Assembly: GCA_000091205.1 (NCBI GenBank)
Contig: AP006501.2
DNA length: 64,000 nt
Direction: 5' to 3' (one strand)
Origin: Cyanidioschyzon merolae
Taxonomy: Eukaryota
The notes under the pieces were generated by a model, which searched no databases, was not told where the DNA came from, and saw only the letters and a list, made by a program, of their open reading frames with translations. Below are positions 1 through 10,798 of this stretch, one piece after another. Position 1 is the first letter of the stretch. The number at the start of each line of letters is the position of its first letter. The position numbers were made by a program, and so were the translations under genes.

Positions 1-1962
1 CGTGATTGCTGCACGTACCTGCGCTAGATTCGAATTCAGCTGGATGCACTGGGACGTTCACCTCAGGGTTTCAATGCGGGAGTCGGAACCCTTTCCGTCT
101 AGGGATGCATCTACCTATGTGTTCAGAGCCCGCCTGGATCCAAGGAGTCGTCCACTGTACGCCATAGGATTGGCGATAGTGAGGTAGGCTCTAGTACGGG
201 CTATGTGTTCTTCGTCATCGACAACAGAGTTCCGGTGCTTGTGCATCGTATTGTAATGCAAAGTTGACGAGCGCGCAGGTTCACTTGCGCGTTGTCCAAA
301 CCAAGCCTCGTGATTATGGTGCCATTTCACATGAAATGTCTCGTTGGGTCGAAGAAACGCACATTTTCCAACAGAGATGGCATTCTGCGAATCAGTTTCT
401 GATGTACATAAAAGTCACGTTACCCTGCTGTTACGAATACGCTCACTTTTCCCGATAGAAACGACAGGATGCGAATCAGTGTCCGATGCATAAAGCAGGC
501 GTCACACTGCAATCCCCCGAGTTGTTGTCGTTATGCCTAGTGTGGTGAATGCCGGAACATCTGTACCAGTACGCCACTTTTATTCTTGTTGTTCGTTTTT
601 CTCGCAGGTATCCAGCAAATGGATTGCATTCCATAGACTGCAGAAAGGCCCTCGACAGGCTCTACGCTTACACTGGTAGCTTGCGAAATGCAGCTTACCT
701 GTCCACTTCAGTTATCCTACCTTGAGTAGGCAGATAAACCAGCCTTTTCCTAGGCCCTGTTCCTGAGGCCGTGCACCTGAGACAGAGACAATCAGACGCT
801 GCCAAGACGACAGTCGCCTTGTCAATACTCTGTACGCCGTAGGTTCTGTAAACAATACTACTGAACAAGCCACAGGATGTCAGGTTTTCATATCTTTGAT
901 ACGAACGGTGATATAGAGACACCGATGGGCAAAGAAAAAAGCTTGCATCTATGCGAGACCTTCGTGCGATGAATAACGCACTACTGATTTCCTAATGAAA
1001 TGCGAATGCCTCTTCATGGAGTAACGGGCGTTCGTCTCAATCGATGAGGATTCATTCCCGAGAAAACTGGCAGACCTGTATGTCGATACTCGAAATAGGG
1101 CGTACCGCTGTTCGTGAAGAAGAATCAAGCGAGCATTTCAACAACCTCAACCCGAGCGGTGATTCGACGGTATGGTAACGTACGCATTGCCAAATGTACA
1201 GACTCATTCACCACATCATCCTTCGTGGAAGCGCCCTTTGCACCTTCTCCTTCTGACATTCTTCTGTTCTGCTTGTAGACAACGGCATTTTCCATCACTT
1301 AAAAGCGTTCAAGGAGGAACCAGCTGCGTCTGGGGCTGAAGTGCGCTTCACGCGCGGCCATTTTCCATCGTTCAGTCCAGTCCAAGGCGTCTTCTCTGAT
1401 GTCAAAGACCATGCGTATACGCATGAACCAATGGACAAGCCTTTGGTATTTGTGACAGCGTCCGTCGATATGTCGTCCACTGGTACCCCGCACACCAGCT
1501 CCGAACGATTTTGTTGCTCCTCTTGTCGTGCGTAAGTGGGAGCGAAGGGGTTCTTTTCAGTTCACTGGCATGCTCGCGACCGAAAAGTTGACGAGAAGCT
1601 ACCTGAAGAACAGCAGATACATGTATAGAACAGACGAGTTTCGGATGCACCGTTCACCCCCAGCGTCTAGGTCCCGCGGAAAAACACACGGATGTAGAGC
1701 GCAGCGGCTATACCCATGCAATCCTGCCGCGTAAGGGAGTAACGGGAAAAACCACCAGACGAAGGAGTGGGGCGCCCTTCGGAACAGAGCACCAGGAAAA
1801 TAAGGAAGGGGAAACTGTCCAAGCGGAAAACAGCAGCATAGAATCGTTATCAAGACTTCGCTTGCAAACAAATCGACAGTGAGACTGTGCCCAAACGTGA
1901 GACGCAGGCCACCAAAATGAGTCCCGTGGCTTCTTAGACGAGGGCGGCTCGCCTGGTTTCCC

Positions 1963-2160
1963 TCGAGTTGACACACCTCGTTAACAGGCCGCTCACAGGA
2001 GTTCCAGATGCAGTGCTGCCATCAATCCACAGTACTCTGTCATTTTTCACGATCAATCCTTTTCGAGTTGACACACCTCGTTAACAGGCCGCTCACAGGA
2101 GTTCCAGATGCGGTGCTGCCATCAATCCACAGTACTCTGTCCTTTTTCACGATCAATCCT
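1963..2160. repeat. Tandem duplication, ~92 bp x2
   Basis: 'ctcgagttgacacacctcgttaacaggccgctcacaggagttccagatgc.gtgctgccatcaatccacagtactctgtc.tttttcacgatcaatcctttt' occurs twice. Confidence 0.85.
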
Positions 2161-3359
2161 TTGCACAGCATCGAATGCTCGGCACGGAGGATGCCACACA
2201 ACCTGCTTTCTCCAGAGATCGGTATAATCGATATTCGGGCGTAACAGACACCCGGAGGCATGCCAACAAATGGTGCAAGGGTGTCAGGTCCCATGTCGAC
2301 GCCCTGAGCAGCGTACCGAGTAAAGAAGGGTATTTCGTGCGCTCCATTCGCAGAGTTCAAGAGCGTCCGAATTGCATGCGATGATGACCCTTGACACGAG
2401 TTCACGAGGCGCCGCCGAGGCTGCCAACGAGAACGCTTCTCGTACGACGAAGAGAAGCGTTCATTCGCAGATATGTTCTATGCGCTGGGATAAGAAATGA
2501 CCGACAACTCGCGTCGGATGGTGCTAGCCTGTGGTGACCAAGGACCTGGTGTCGCGCGCCGTGACTTCACTCCTGCTCTCTCGACGAGAGCGCAAAACGA
2601 ATGCAGGCATCCATTGTTTTCGATGCCCATCGACGCGTCCAGGACGGCAAAAACACATAACGAGCACGAATGTGCGCCGAATCACTTGCAAAATAAGTCG
2701 ATGAAACAAAGATGGATACACGGGATTGTGTTTGGTGCCCAGAGCAAATGCCAGATGGCGAGGAATTCGAACACGAGCGGCTTGCTATCGAGTGATTCTA
2801 TTCGAAATCATGCGTACAAGCACGGTTTGCATCGAGATCTGGACGCATCGATCAACATCTGGAAATGTCGCGTGCTTCGGGAACGTCCATCGGCTTCGTG
2901 TCTAGCGGACTTGCCTTTGGAATCAATCAGTACCCAGACTGGGCGTTGTGCTCAAGCGCTGTGGTCTCATGATGAGAAGCAAAACATTGATCAGGAGAGA
3001 AGTGAGTAGTTTTTTCTGAGTCCAAAGCACTGGTATGGTACTATTTTAGCTCTCCAGCAAGGCCACCGTGGTGTTTGTAAGCGCGGAAACCAATTTCCTT
3101 GGTAATCGGTGAAAGATAATGGTGATCCACTCTTCGATCTTCCTGAATCCAAATCGTCTAACACCAGTGAAACGGCTACTGATTTCGCTGAGCACCAGCG
3201 GACTGCGTCCAAGCGCAGACCCTGCACCTGGCTCGTCCGAGTCTCCAGTTCGAATACCATAGCGATTGCCCATAGCACCTCTGTCATCAGTGCTTGGCAG
3301 TTCACGAGTCCCGATACGACTCGCCAGACAGGGACGCGGTCCTCAAAGCTGCGACCTAC

Positions 3360-4640
3360 TCATTTCTCTGGGTGTTCAGCAGCATCCAGACGTGCATCAC
3401 ACACGATGCACGCAGCCTGGGGCGTGCTGTATACACTTAGACATCGCGAGCAGACGTACCCCATGTGAACGAGTTTCCCACTTTGAAAACAGGTTGCTCG
3501 CAAATCCACGGACTCGACAACACCACAACGCTCCGTTCCGGACGCATAGGACCCCAACTCAGGAATGCGGCGCGTGAGGTAACGCCGCTCCAGCCTATTC
3601 GGTACAATGTATGTTGCCAGATGCGTGAACAGCTTCGCACAAGCGCAACGACACTCGAGATAGATGCCTTGGGTAGCGTAAGCAAGTTGCTGGAGAGCAG
3701 CACGTGCCTGAGGCTTCGTGCCTGGTTCAGAGGTGGCTTCGATGCGTACGACGTCGACCAGCAGCTGGTGCTGCTGTGCGCAAAATGCTGCGTTCCACAG
3801 CGGGACAGACTCCGCAACATCAAAGGGACCCGGAGCCGAGATCACCACCAGTCGGGCCCGAGGTGACAACTGCTCGGGATCCTGACTCGATTCGGAGCGT
3901 AATGGATCTCCAACTGCGTATCCGAAGGAAGGTTTTCGTTCCGGAAACCAGCCTCTAGCATGAAGGCTGCAAATTGTCTCCAGCAGCGCAACGGAAACAT
4001 TGGATGGATAGACGAGAACGTCAGCGGAGCTAGCAGCCACCTGTTGGCTGTCTAGCTGATCCGCCTCTACAGCGACAACTTGCGCTGGTTGTTCCGTGTT
4101 TGCGGCAGACGACTGCTTCGTCTGCAGCAGCGGTTCACCGGGAGCAGCGTCCTCCGCAGCTGCGCCTTCCACCGAAACTGCTTCGCTCAGCTTCATGCAT
4201 GCAAACTCGCGCAAGGCTTTACCCAACTGCGGGAGCGCATACAAACCCTGTAGACTCGTCTCTTCATCCGTAACCTCTTGCAGGCTGTGGAGGTATGCAA
4301 AGTCGTCCGTGGCCAGCGGTTGCACGGGCTTCAGCCAACGCGTGTGGGCTCGTTCGCGGAAGCCCAGCCAAGCAACCTGAAGCAGAGGTCGCGCCACCGC
4401 GAGAAGACGCACCAGCGCAAAACACGCCTTCACTGCACCAGGGAAGGCAGCGGACCCGGCGCGCGCCCAGGCAGCCAAGTTACAGTCGAGGAGCACCACC
4501 AAGAGCTCAGGTTCGCCTGCTGCGTCTAGGAAAACGTCGTCTCCCGTGCGCTGCGTCATAGGTGCAGGCCTTGGGCACGGGTATAGCGCAGTGAACAGCG
4601 TAAATACCTGTCTTGCCTTGGTGCCTCTGATTGCCGTCAC
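3360..4640 (-). CDS. General transcription factor TFIIH subunit p34/Tfb4 (GTF2H3-like); true start probably internal ATG (MTQRTGDD...)
   Basis: N-terminal 'ELLVVLLDCNLAAWA' matches the Tfb4 vWA-like start (LLVIVLDTNPxxW). C-terminal 'GYVCSRCLSVYSTPQAACIVCDARL' matches the Tfb4 C4 zinc-finger (GFVCSVCLSIFC). Length ~400 aa. Confidence 0.7.
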   Translation of the reverse strand: MTAIRGTKARQVFTLFTALYPCPRPAPMTQRTGDDVFLDAAGEPELLVVLLDCNLAAWARAGSAAFPGAVKACFALVRLLAVARPLLQVAWLGFRERAHTRWLKPVQPLATDDFAYLHSLQEVTDEETSLQGLYALPQLGKALREFACMKLSEAVSVEGAAAEDAAPGEPLLQTKQSSAANTEQPAQVVAVEADQLDSQQVAASSADVLVYPSNVSVALLETICSLHARGWFPERKPSFGYAVGDPLRSESSQDPEQLSPRARLVVISAPGPFDVAESVPLWNAAFCAQQHQLLVDVVRIEATSEPGTKPQARAALQQLAYATQGIYLECRCACAKLFTHLATYIVPNRLERRYLTRRIPELGSYASGTERCGVVESVDLRATCFQSGKLVHMGYVCSRCLSVYSTPQAACIVCDARLDAAEHPEK

Positions 4641-5082
4641 ACTTCGACGTGTTGTTCACTGCTTGGCACTAGAGCCGAGAGTCGCAAGTGACAGCGGGCT
4701 GGCGCTGCTGTCTACAGCGGGGAAACGTTTGATCGAACCAGAACCCTCTCTACTGCGAACGTACGGTTCGCGGGCAGGCGCCAAGTGACCGTTCCACTCC
4801 AAATCAGTCAACTTTAGACAACTCGTCGACCAAACCTCCACTTGGGACAGGGCTTCGATCCATTCAGTGACCCTTGTGGTACGAGGATGAAGTCCAGTAC
4901 CGAGTTCCTGGTACCAGTTTCTCCGCAGCGTTCTACGACGCTGCGCTTCAAGCCGATGCGCTGCTGCGATGCGTCGTGCGGCACTGAACGCATCCGCAGG
5001 CTCATGTTGTTTTGATACTGGGCTTTGTTGTGGAACTTGCTAGGGAAGCATCTAGGTCAGCGCTGAACCAAGGCCAGAACGG

Positions 5083-6396
5083 ATGGGGCCACTCACTCGA
5101 ACGCCTCTTCTTCCAACTTTGAGGCGGCCGGAACACTGCGAAACAACTGCACGCAGTTACCCGTGCCGTACTCGAATGAAGCTGTATTCCGAACGAGGCC
5201 GGAATCCTGACTCCACTTTTGGATTCACGTCTGATCGGTGCTCATTCAGGAAAATCATGGCGCGTACATCCGAGTATGATGATTTTATGAACGAGGATGA
5301 CGTCATAGCAGTTTGCGCGGCCTTGATAACCGCGACATCTCCAGGTACCGGGGGCGTGTACCACGGAGCGCCCGAAGCGAAACTCTCCGGACTCGTGGCG
5401 TTCGAGCGACTCGGCTCAACGCTATGGACGAATCGCGTTTCCCTGGCAGCATCGGCGGTGGCACGAGCTGCGTCCACAGTAGTCATGTTCCCGCTGGATA
5501 CGCTTAAAACACGTCTGCAGAGTGCAGACACTGCAGCGCTGGGTCCGCGCGAGGCCCTGCGCAAGGTCCTGACCCAGGGCCACTTCTATCGGGGACTAGG
5601 TTCAACACTGTTCGGTCAGGTGCCGTATGGTGCTCTGACGTTTGGTACATACGAGTGCTATAAGCAGGCACTCGAGGAATGGGGTCTAGCGTCTCGGCGG
5701 CTTCGGTGGATGCTTGCTGCGGTGCTCGGTGACCTCACCGGCTCGCTGTGGCTGACCCCCAGCGAGCTCATTAAGCAGCAGCTACAAAATATGCATAACA
5801 CTGGGACCAGGGCGGCACAAGCGGCTACCGTTTGGCAGGTCATTGGCCAGAACTGGCGACAATATGGTATCGCTGGTTTTTATCGAGGCTACAGTGGTCA
5901 GGTCGCTCGCGATGTTCCGTTTCGGGCGATTCAGCTGCTTCTTTTCGAGGACGCACGAGAGCGCCTCGAACGCTATCGACGGCGAGCACTGACACCTTTG
6001 GAGAATCTTGCAGTTGGAGCGTATGCAGGCTGTTTAACTGCAGCGGTAACGACTCCACTAGATGTGATTAAAACACGCTTGATGACGGATCGAACGTATC
6101 GTCACGCTGGAGACGCGCTCTGGCAGCTGTTGCGAACGCAACCGCGGGCTCTTTTCCGGGGAATCGTTCCACGCGTGCTCTATATTGCTCCCTCAAGTGC
6201 GATTTTCTTCATCGTTTACACTTTTCTACAGAGACGCTGGGATGCCAAAGCAGCAGCTTGGGAGAAACGGGGACGGGATGCTTCGTGTACGCCAACAAAG
6301 CGAAACCGGGGTGGCTCGCGCTTTTGTGCGATCGATTCGAAGTTTTCGGGGAGAAAACCCTTCTCGCTCGCTCGGTCAATGGGTTTGTGCGCATAG
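5083..6396 (+). CDS. Mitochondrial carrier family protein, S-adenosylmethionine-carrier-like (likely start at ATG 5248)
   Basis: Three MCF signature repeats: 'PLDTLKTRLQ', 'PSELIKQQLQ', 'PLDVIKTRLM'. Six predicted helices. The PxD[TV][IL]KTRLQ pattern resembles SAMC/Pet8. Confidence 0.75.
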   Translation: MGPLTRTPLLPTLRRPEHCETTARSYPCRTRMKLYSERGRNPDSTFGFTSDRCSFRKIMARTSEYDDFMNEDDVIAVCAALITATSPGTGGVYHGAPEAKLSGLVAFERLGSTLWTNRVSLAASAVARAASTVVMFPLDTLKTRLQSADTAALGPREALRKVLTQGHFYRGLGSTLFGQVPYGALTFGTYECYKQALEEWGLASRRLRWMLAAVLGDLTGSLWLTPSELIKQQLQNMHNTGTRAAQAATVWQVIGQNWRQYGIAGFYRGYSGQVARDVPFRAIQLLLFEDARERLERYRRRALTPLENLAVGAYAGCLTAAVTTPLDVIKTRLMTDRTYRHAGDALWQLLRTQPRALFRGIVPRVLYIAPSSAIFFIVYTFLQRRWDAKAAAWEKRGRDASCTPTKRNRGGSRFCAIDSKFSGRKPFSLARSMGLCA

Positions 6397-7396
6397 CCCC
6401 TGCAGAGTTCATGCAGCGAGCTCGTGCATGGAAGGTCTCCTGTTCTGAATGTCGCGTTGGAACGCTCGAGGTCGTTACCTGGGATTCGCTCCACGCTCAA
6501 TGCGCACCAAATGCGATGTGGCATTCTCAGCGGCATCATTCCATTAACATTTGAGACTGGTTATCGCGCATTTTCGCATCCGGTCAAACTGTTTTCGTGG
6601 TAATGCGCGACATGCCCTGAAGACTGCGAAACATGCCGCTGGACGTTCCTTGGACGGCTGCATTCGCAATGCCGATGGTGCGGTCGTTCTTGATAATGAA
6701 GACATCGGACATATTGTGCCAAACTTTGTGATTCCGCTGGTCGCGTGCCCGCTACCCCAGAATATCCAAATAACGAGCTGTGGACGCGCCCCAGCGAGTG
6801 ACGCTGGACACAAGACGACGCTGTTTCTGCCACGAACGATTGACTCGGTTATCCATGATGTATTTCATTGCGGTGACTTGTAGTTGTTCTCGTTGCATTT
6901 GATGCTCGAGCTGGAGCGCTCCCCCACCGTTGACTGCAGATGAAATGGAGACGACATCCGATGCTGTTTTCGTCGAAGCATTTACTCATTTGGATCATAG
7001 GACGAGAGAGCACGCCAGGCTGTGTGCGAATTTCTCGGATGCCGGAATGATGCGGAAGGCCGCATCACTGACTGAATCGTTTTTCGCGTCAGCACATGGC
7101 GATGCCCACGGGAGAAATCGTTGCTTGCCTAACTGAATGCTTGCAGTGACAGGCTGCAAGTGCATTTACGGCAACATGTTCTAGCATTATCAATGAAATA
7201 AATGCACCCTAAACGTTTGCCCAGCTCGTGCCAGAAACCCGAAATACCGATGCAAGAGCGGAATCCTGCAGAGAGACAGCTTCCGCCAAAGCCACCCGAA
7301 CAGCGCCTAGCGTTAGCAACGTCAGTCGACCTGGGCGCAAGACGCCCGGTTGCATGGTATTCGCTGCCTTTTTCGTCGCATCTATATGCTTGGTGT

Positions 7397-8266
7397 TCAC
7401 GAGGGTAGCTGTAGCGCCACGAACAGTGATGAATCCTCGTCAGCATAGAATGGAATAGGTCTTCTCATGTGACATGGGCATACATGCGAAAGTTTGGGGC
7501 TCTCCCCATCGTTAGAAGCACCAGCTTTTGCGGGATTTTTCTTCAACTGCTTCCTTTTTCTTTGGCATATCGCTGGCTTTCCATAGGTTGGTCTCTCCCT
7601 TCTCTCCATAACGATTGTCAGCAGCCGATGGATGTTGCTGGCAGCGTTCAGGTACCGATTTCGCTGCCCCGGGTCGCTTTCGATGCATGATATGTACCGA
7701 CGATAGTTGCGGTCTGCGCTTCGCTTGCCAGTTGCATCTTCTTCGTATACGGCCGCGGTGTACTCGTCGCTGCGATGAAACTTGGCTCTGATTAGGTGTT
7801 TCCACACGTATCGATCGCGCGTCCTCTTCCCAGCGTCGTCCTGTCGTACGTGATCTCTTGCCTCATCGCTCGGTAGATGCCCTTGACGTGTACAGAGGGT
7901 TCCGCACGATGCACTCGTCTGTTTCCGCACCCGGTGAGGTACACAACGATCCCGGACTTGTTCTGGACGGATCCATCGGCGAGCGTGCTGCCCGCTCCAC
8001 ATGCACAAGTGCGTGCTGCTCCATTCGATAGAGGATATGCGGTACAAGATGTTGTCCGCGATGAAACAAGTACCAGAGGAAAGCTCCAGGCTCGAGAAAA
8101 AGTCGAGCCATTTCGATCTGTCTACGTGCCTTTTGTACAACGCTATGACGCTAGCTCCGTTGGAAGCGATCACCGCGACATCCAAAAACAGAAGCGAACT
8201 ATGTATGAGCAACGAAATACCAATTGCTTTCTCTCCACGGCAGACGTCGAAACGTTGAACAGCCAT
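7397..8266 (-). CDS. Hypothetical ORF, 289 aa, no recognisable domain
   Basis: Long ORF only; overlapping plus-strand ORFs of similar size (7877..8377); no motif recognised. Confidence 0.2.
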   Translation of the reverse strand: MAVQRFDVCRGEKAIGISLLIHSSLLFLDVAVIASNGASVIALYKRHVDRSKWLDFFSSLELSSGTCFIADNILYRISSIEWSSTHLCMWSGQHARRWIRPEQVRDRCVPHRVRKQTSASCGTLCTRQGHLPSDEARDHVRQDDAGKRTRDRYVWKHLIRAKFHRSDEYTAAVYEEDATGKRSADRNYRRYISCIESDPGQRNRYLNAASNIHRLLTIVMERRERPTYGKPAICQRKRKQLKKNPAKAGASNDGESPKLSHVCPCHMRRPIPFYADEDSSLFVALQLPS

Positions 8267-8685
8267 CAGTATTCTCGAAAGTTTGCCTTTTCATTAGGAA
8301 GGTCCCGTGACCCACACGAGTCTACGAAGCCCGTGCTTCATGATCTCGCCAGTGCCGAGTGCTATGGCGCGATCTGAGCAACTCTTACGGAACGCAGTTT
8401 GTTCTGGGACTAGGGGCGGGGCGGCTGCATCAAGATATGTCCCTGGTCGCAATGGTCTCCCAGCATATCGCTTCGTGCTATCACAGGCCGTTGGTCTGTC
8501 TGCACAGCCTGCAGGCTCCCAGAATAATGAAGGATCCCGATTCTGTGACCAGTGAAGCACGCCTGGAGCCGAATACCTTAATGGTATCGCATAGCCGTTC
8601 TGTCTCCGTACTGCATATGCACCAGCGGTGTAAGCGCACCTTCAGGTGCATCACAAAAGGTTAGGTGCACGACAGAGCATACGAC

Positions 8686-8832
8686 ATAACCAGTACATCC
8701 GAGAGAAGGTCTGAAAAATGGAACTTCAAGCTAGGGTGTACTATCATGGACGCTTTCCCAAAAGCCAATATCCATCTCACAATCTAGCACCCATGGTCCA
8801 TGGAAACGGCCTGTCAAACGAAAAAAGGTCCA
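8686..8832 (+). repeat. Dispersed ~150-nt element X, copy A (non-coding; A-rich 3' end)
   Basis: Aligns with 52025-52170 and 61740-61890: shared '...atgaaa.aaccagta.atc..gag.gaag...gtaat.gaacttggagg.agggt...atggacgcTTTcccgAAAgcc.ctatcc...ggtc.atggaaac' plus a 'gaaaaaa' tail. Confidence 0.6.
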
Positions 8833-8849
8833 GCGATCTCCGCGATGTA

Positions 8850-9470
8850 TATGAGCGCGCGCTCACAGAAACGCATCGCCGCCTATGCGATCATCAGAAG
8901 AACAGATTTTTTTACTAGGGAAAGCCTGGAAAAGCGCGAGCGCGCGCTCACAGAAAAGCATCGCCGCCTATGCGATCATCAGAAGAACAGATTTTTTTAC
9001 TGGAAAGAGCCTGGAAAGGCGCGAGCGCGCGCTCACAGAAACGCATCGCCGCCTATGCGATCATCAGAAGAACAGATTTTTTTTACTAGGGAGATCCTGG
9101 AAAGGCGCGAGCGCGCACTCACACAAACGCATCGCCGCATATGCGATCATCAGAAGAACAGATTTTTTTACTAGGGAGAGCCTGGAAAGGCGCGAGCGCG
9201 CGCTCACAGAAACGCATCGCCGCATATGCGATCATCAGAAGAACAGATTTTTTTTTACTAGGGAGAGCCTGGAAAGGCGCGAGCGCGCGCTCACAGAAAC
9301 GCATCGCCGCATATGCGATCATCAGAAGAACAGATTTTTTACTAGGGAGAGCCTGGAAAGGCGCGAGCGCGCGCTCACAGAAACGCATCGCCGCATATGC
9401 GATCATCAGAAGAACAGATTTTTTACTAGAGCCTGGAAAGGCGCGAGCGCGCGCGCTCCCCAGGCGGCCG
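8850..9470. repeat. Tandem array, ~85-bp unit x ~7
   Basis: Unit 'ctagggagagcctggaaaggcgcGAGCGCGCGCTCacagaaacgcATCGCcgcatatGCGATcatcagaagaacagaTTTTTTTTa' begins every 84-86 bp at ~8853, 8937, 9022, 9108, 9192, 9277, 9363. Each unit has a perfect 12-nt palindrome, a 5-bp-stem hairpin and a T7-9 run. Confidence 0.9.
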
Positions 9471-9709
9471 GAAACGCCGCCGTCGCGTCGTCGACCTCGA
9501 TCGCCGGCGCTCGCAGCGTTCGGAACAGGCCAACGGCCGGGAGGCGTTTCCCTGTTTGTTCCTTCGCTCGCTTGAGCGCTTGAGCGCCAGCTCGTGTTCA
9601 AGCAAGTGTACGAGCTCTGGTTTGCGTAAGTTTTCAGCATCTTCAGATCAGTATCGTGTATCGTTAGGATCGTTGAACAGCTCGATCTTGCGACCTGGAG
9701 AACTGCGTT

Positions 9710-10798
9710 GTGCGCATCACGAAACAAACAGACGCAAGACGAATTGTGTGTGTGCGTGCGTGCGGATCGGTGCGCGACCTCCGTCTTGTGTTTGTTTTCT
9801 CGCTTATGCAGACACCTTGTCGCTCCACAGAGCTGTTGAGTATGAGTGGTGTGAGTGCTGTCGGATCGCTTCGGTCAGCGTCGAGAACTTCGTCAGCTGC
9901 GTCGTTAGCGGCAACGAGGCGTTCGCGCTCGCCTTCGCCGATCAGCCAGTACGGCCTGCGGCAGAGCGCGCCACCAGCGGTGCGCTCGGTAACACCTGGA
10001 GTGGTTCCCTCGCCGACTAATAATGCCCCGTGTTTTGGGGGCGCTTCGGCGAGTGCTATATCGTCACCAGCGGGCCCCGAGTTGCAGTGTCCGAGACCGC
10101 GGTGGCCTGTGGCGTTTTCCGCAGCCGCATGGTGCAACAGCGGTTCATGGCAGACGTCAAGCACTGGCGGTAACGCGTTCGGCGTGAGCGGACTTTATAT
10201 CAACGGGGTTGAGGAGGCAAACGCTTTGGAAAGCGAAGCAGTGACGGCTCAGGCTGCTGTGCGACCTGGGGGTCGCTGGAGTGCCGGCGTCACGCGGGGG
10301 TCGGTCGTATCCGGGCGACCGAGCGGTTTTGGTGGTGGTAGTGGTGGTGGTGGCGGCGGCAGCAGCAGCAGCTCCAGTGCAGCGTTGATTCTGCAACGCT
10401 CGTCCTCATCACAGTCAGTGCATTCACTGACACCGCCGCCGCCACCCTTGGGCTCGACGTGCTCGTCGCCGCTCTCTTCATCGCCGACCATTGGAGCCGG
10501 CATGCAAACCGAGTGGCGGGCATGGCATCCTACGTTTCGTATCGATGAGACAGTAGAATGTGCAGCGGAGCCACTTTGCGTGCGTCCTGTTGCTATCAGG
10601 CGCGCAAACTCGTATACTGCTCCGTCGCCGGGTCATCACGGGGTCGCGATTCCATCACCGCTCGCTGGAGCACATGGCATGGCACCCTTTTTAAGCAGTG
10701 GCTATGCGACCCCAAACAAGGTTGGTGAGTGTGGCGTTTCGCCGCCTGTGCGTGCAACGAATCCGCAGTGTCGTGATGCGCGCTTCTGTGTTCCCTGA
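9710..10798 (+). CDS. Hypothetical Ser/Gly/Pro-rich low-complexity protein
   Basis: 362-aa ORF with poly-G/poly-S ((GGT)n at ~10320-10370) and a PPPPP tract; no domain recognised. Confidence 0.25.
   Translation: MRITKQTDARRIVCVRACGSVRDLRLVFVFSLMQTPCRSTELLSMSGVSAVGSLRSASRTSSAASLAATRRSRSPSPISQYGLRQSAPPAVRSVTPGVVPSPTNNAPCFGGASASAISSPAGPELQCPRPRWPVAFSAAAWCNSGSWQTSSTGGNAFGVSGLYINGVEEANALESEAVTAQAAVRPGGRWSAGVTRGSVVSGRPSGFGGGSGGGGGGSSSSSSAALILQRSSSSQSVHSLTPPPPPLGSTCSSPLSSSPTIGAGMQTEWRAWHPTFRIDETVECAAEPLCVRPVAIRRANSYTAPSPGHHGVAIPSPLAGAHGMAPFLSSGYATPNKVGECGVSPPVRATNPQCRDARFCVP

Noticed and set aside
8718-8918. ORFs beginning inside element X (8718..8918, 52066..52359, 61741..61932) sharing 'HGRFPxSxYP...MVNGN'
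   Set aside because: Similarity is at the DNA level. Copy B carries a 1-nt indel that destroys the shared frame, and substitutions are not third-position biased. Treated as a non-coding element.
8850-9470. Periodic array read as a CRISPR-like repeat/spacer structure
   Set aside because: Units are contiguous with no unique spacers, the host is eukaryotic, and no cas genes are present. It is a minisatellite or tandem small-RNA array.
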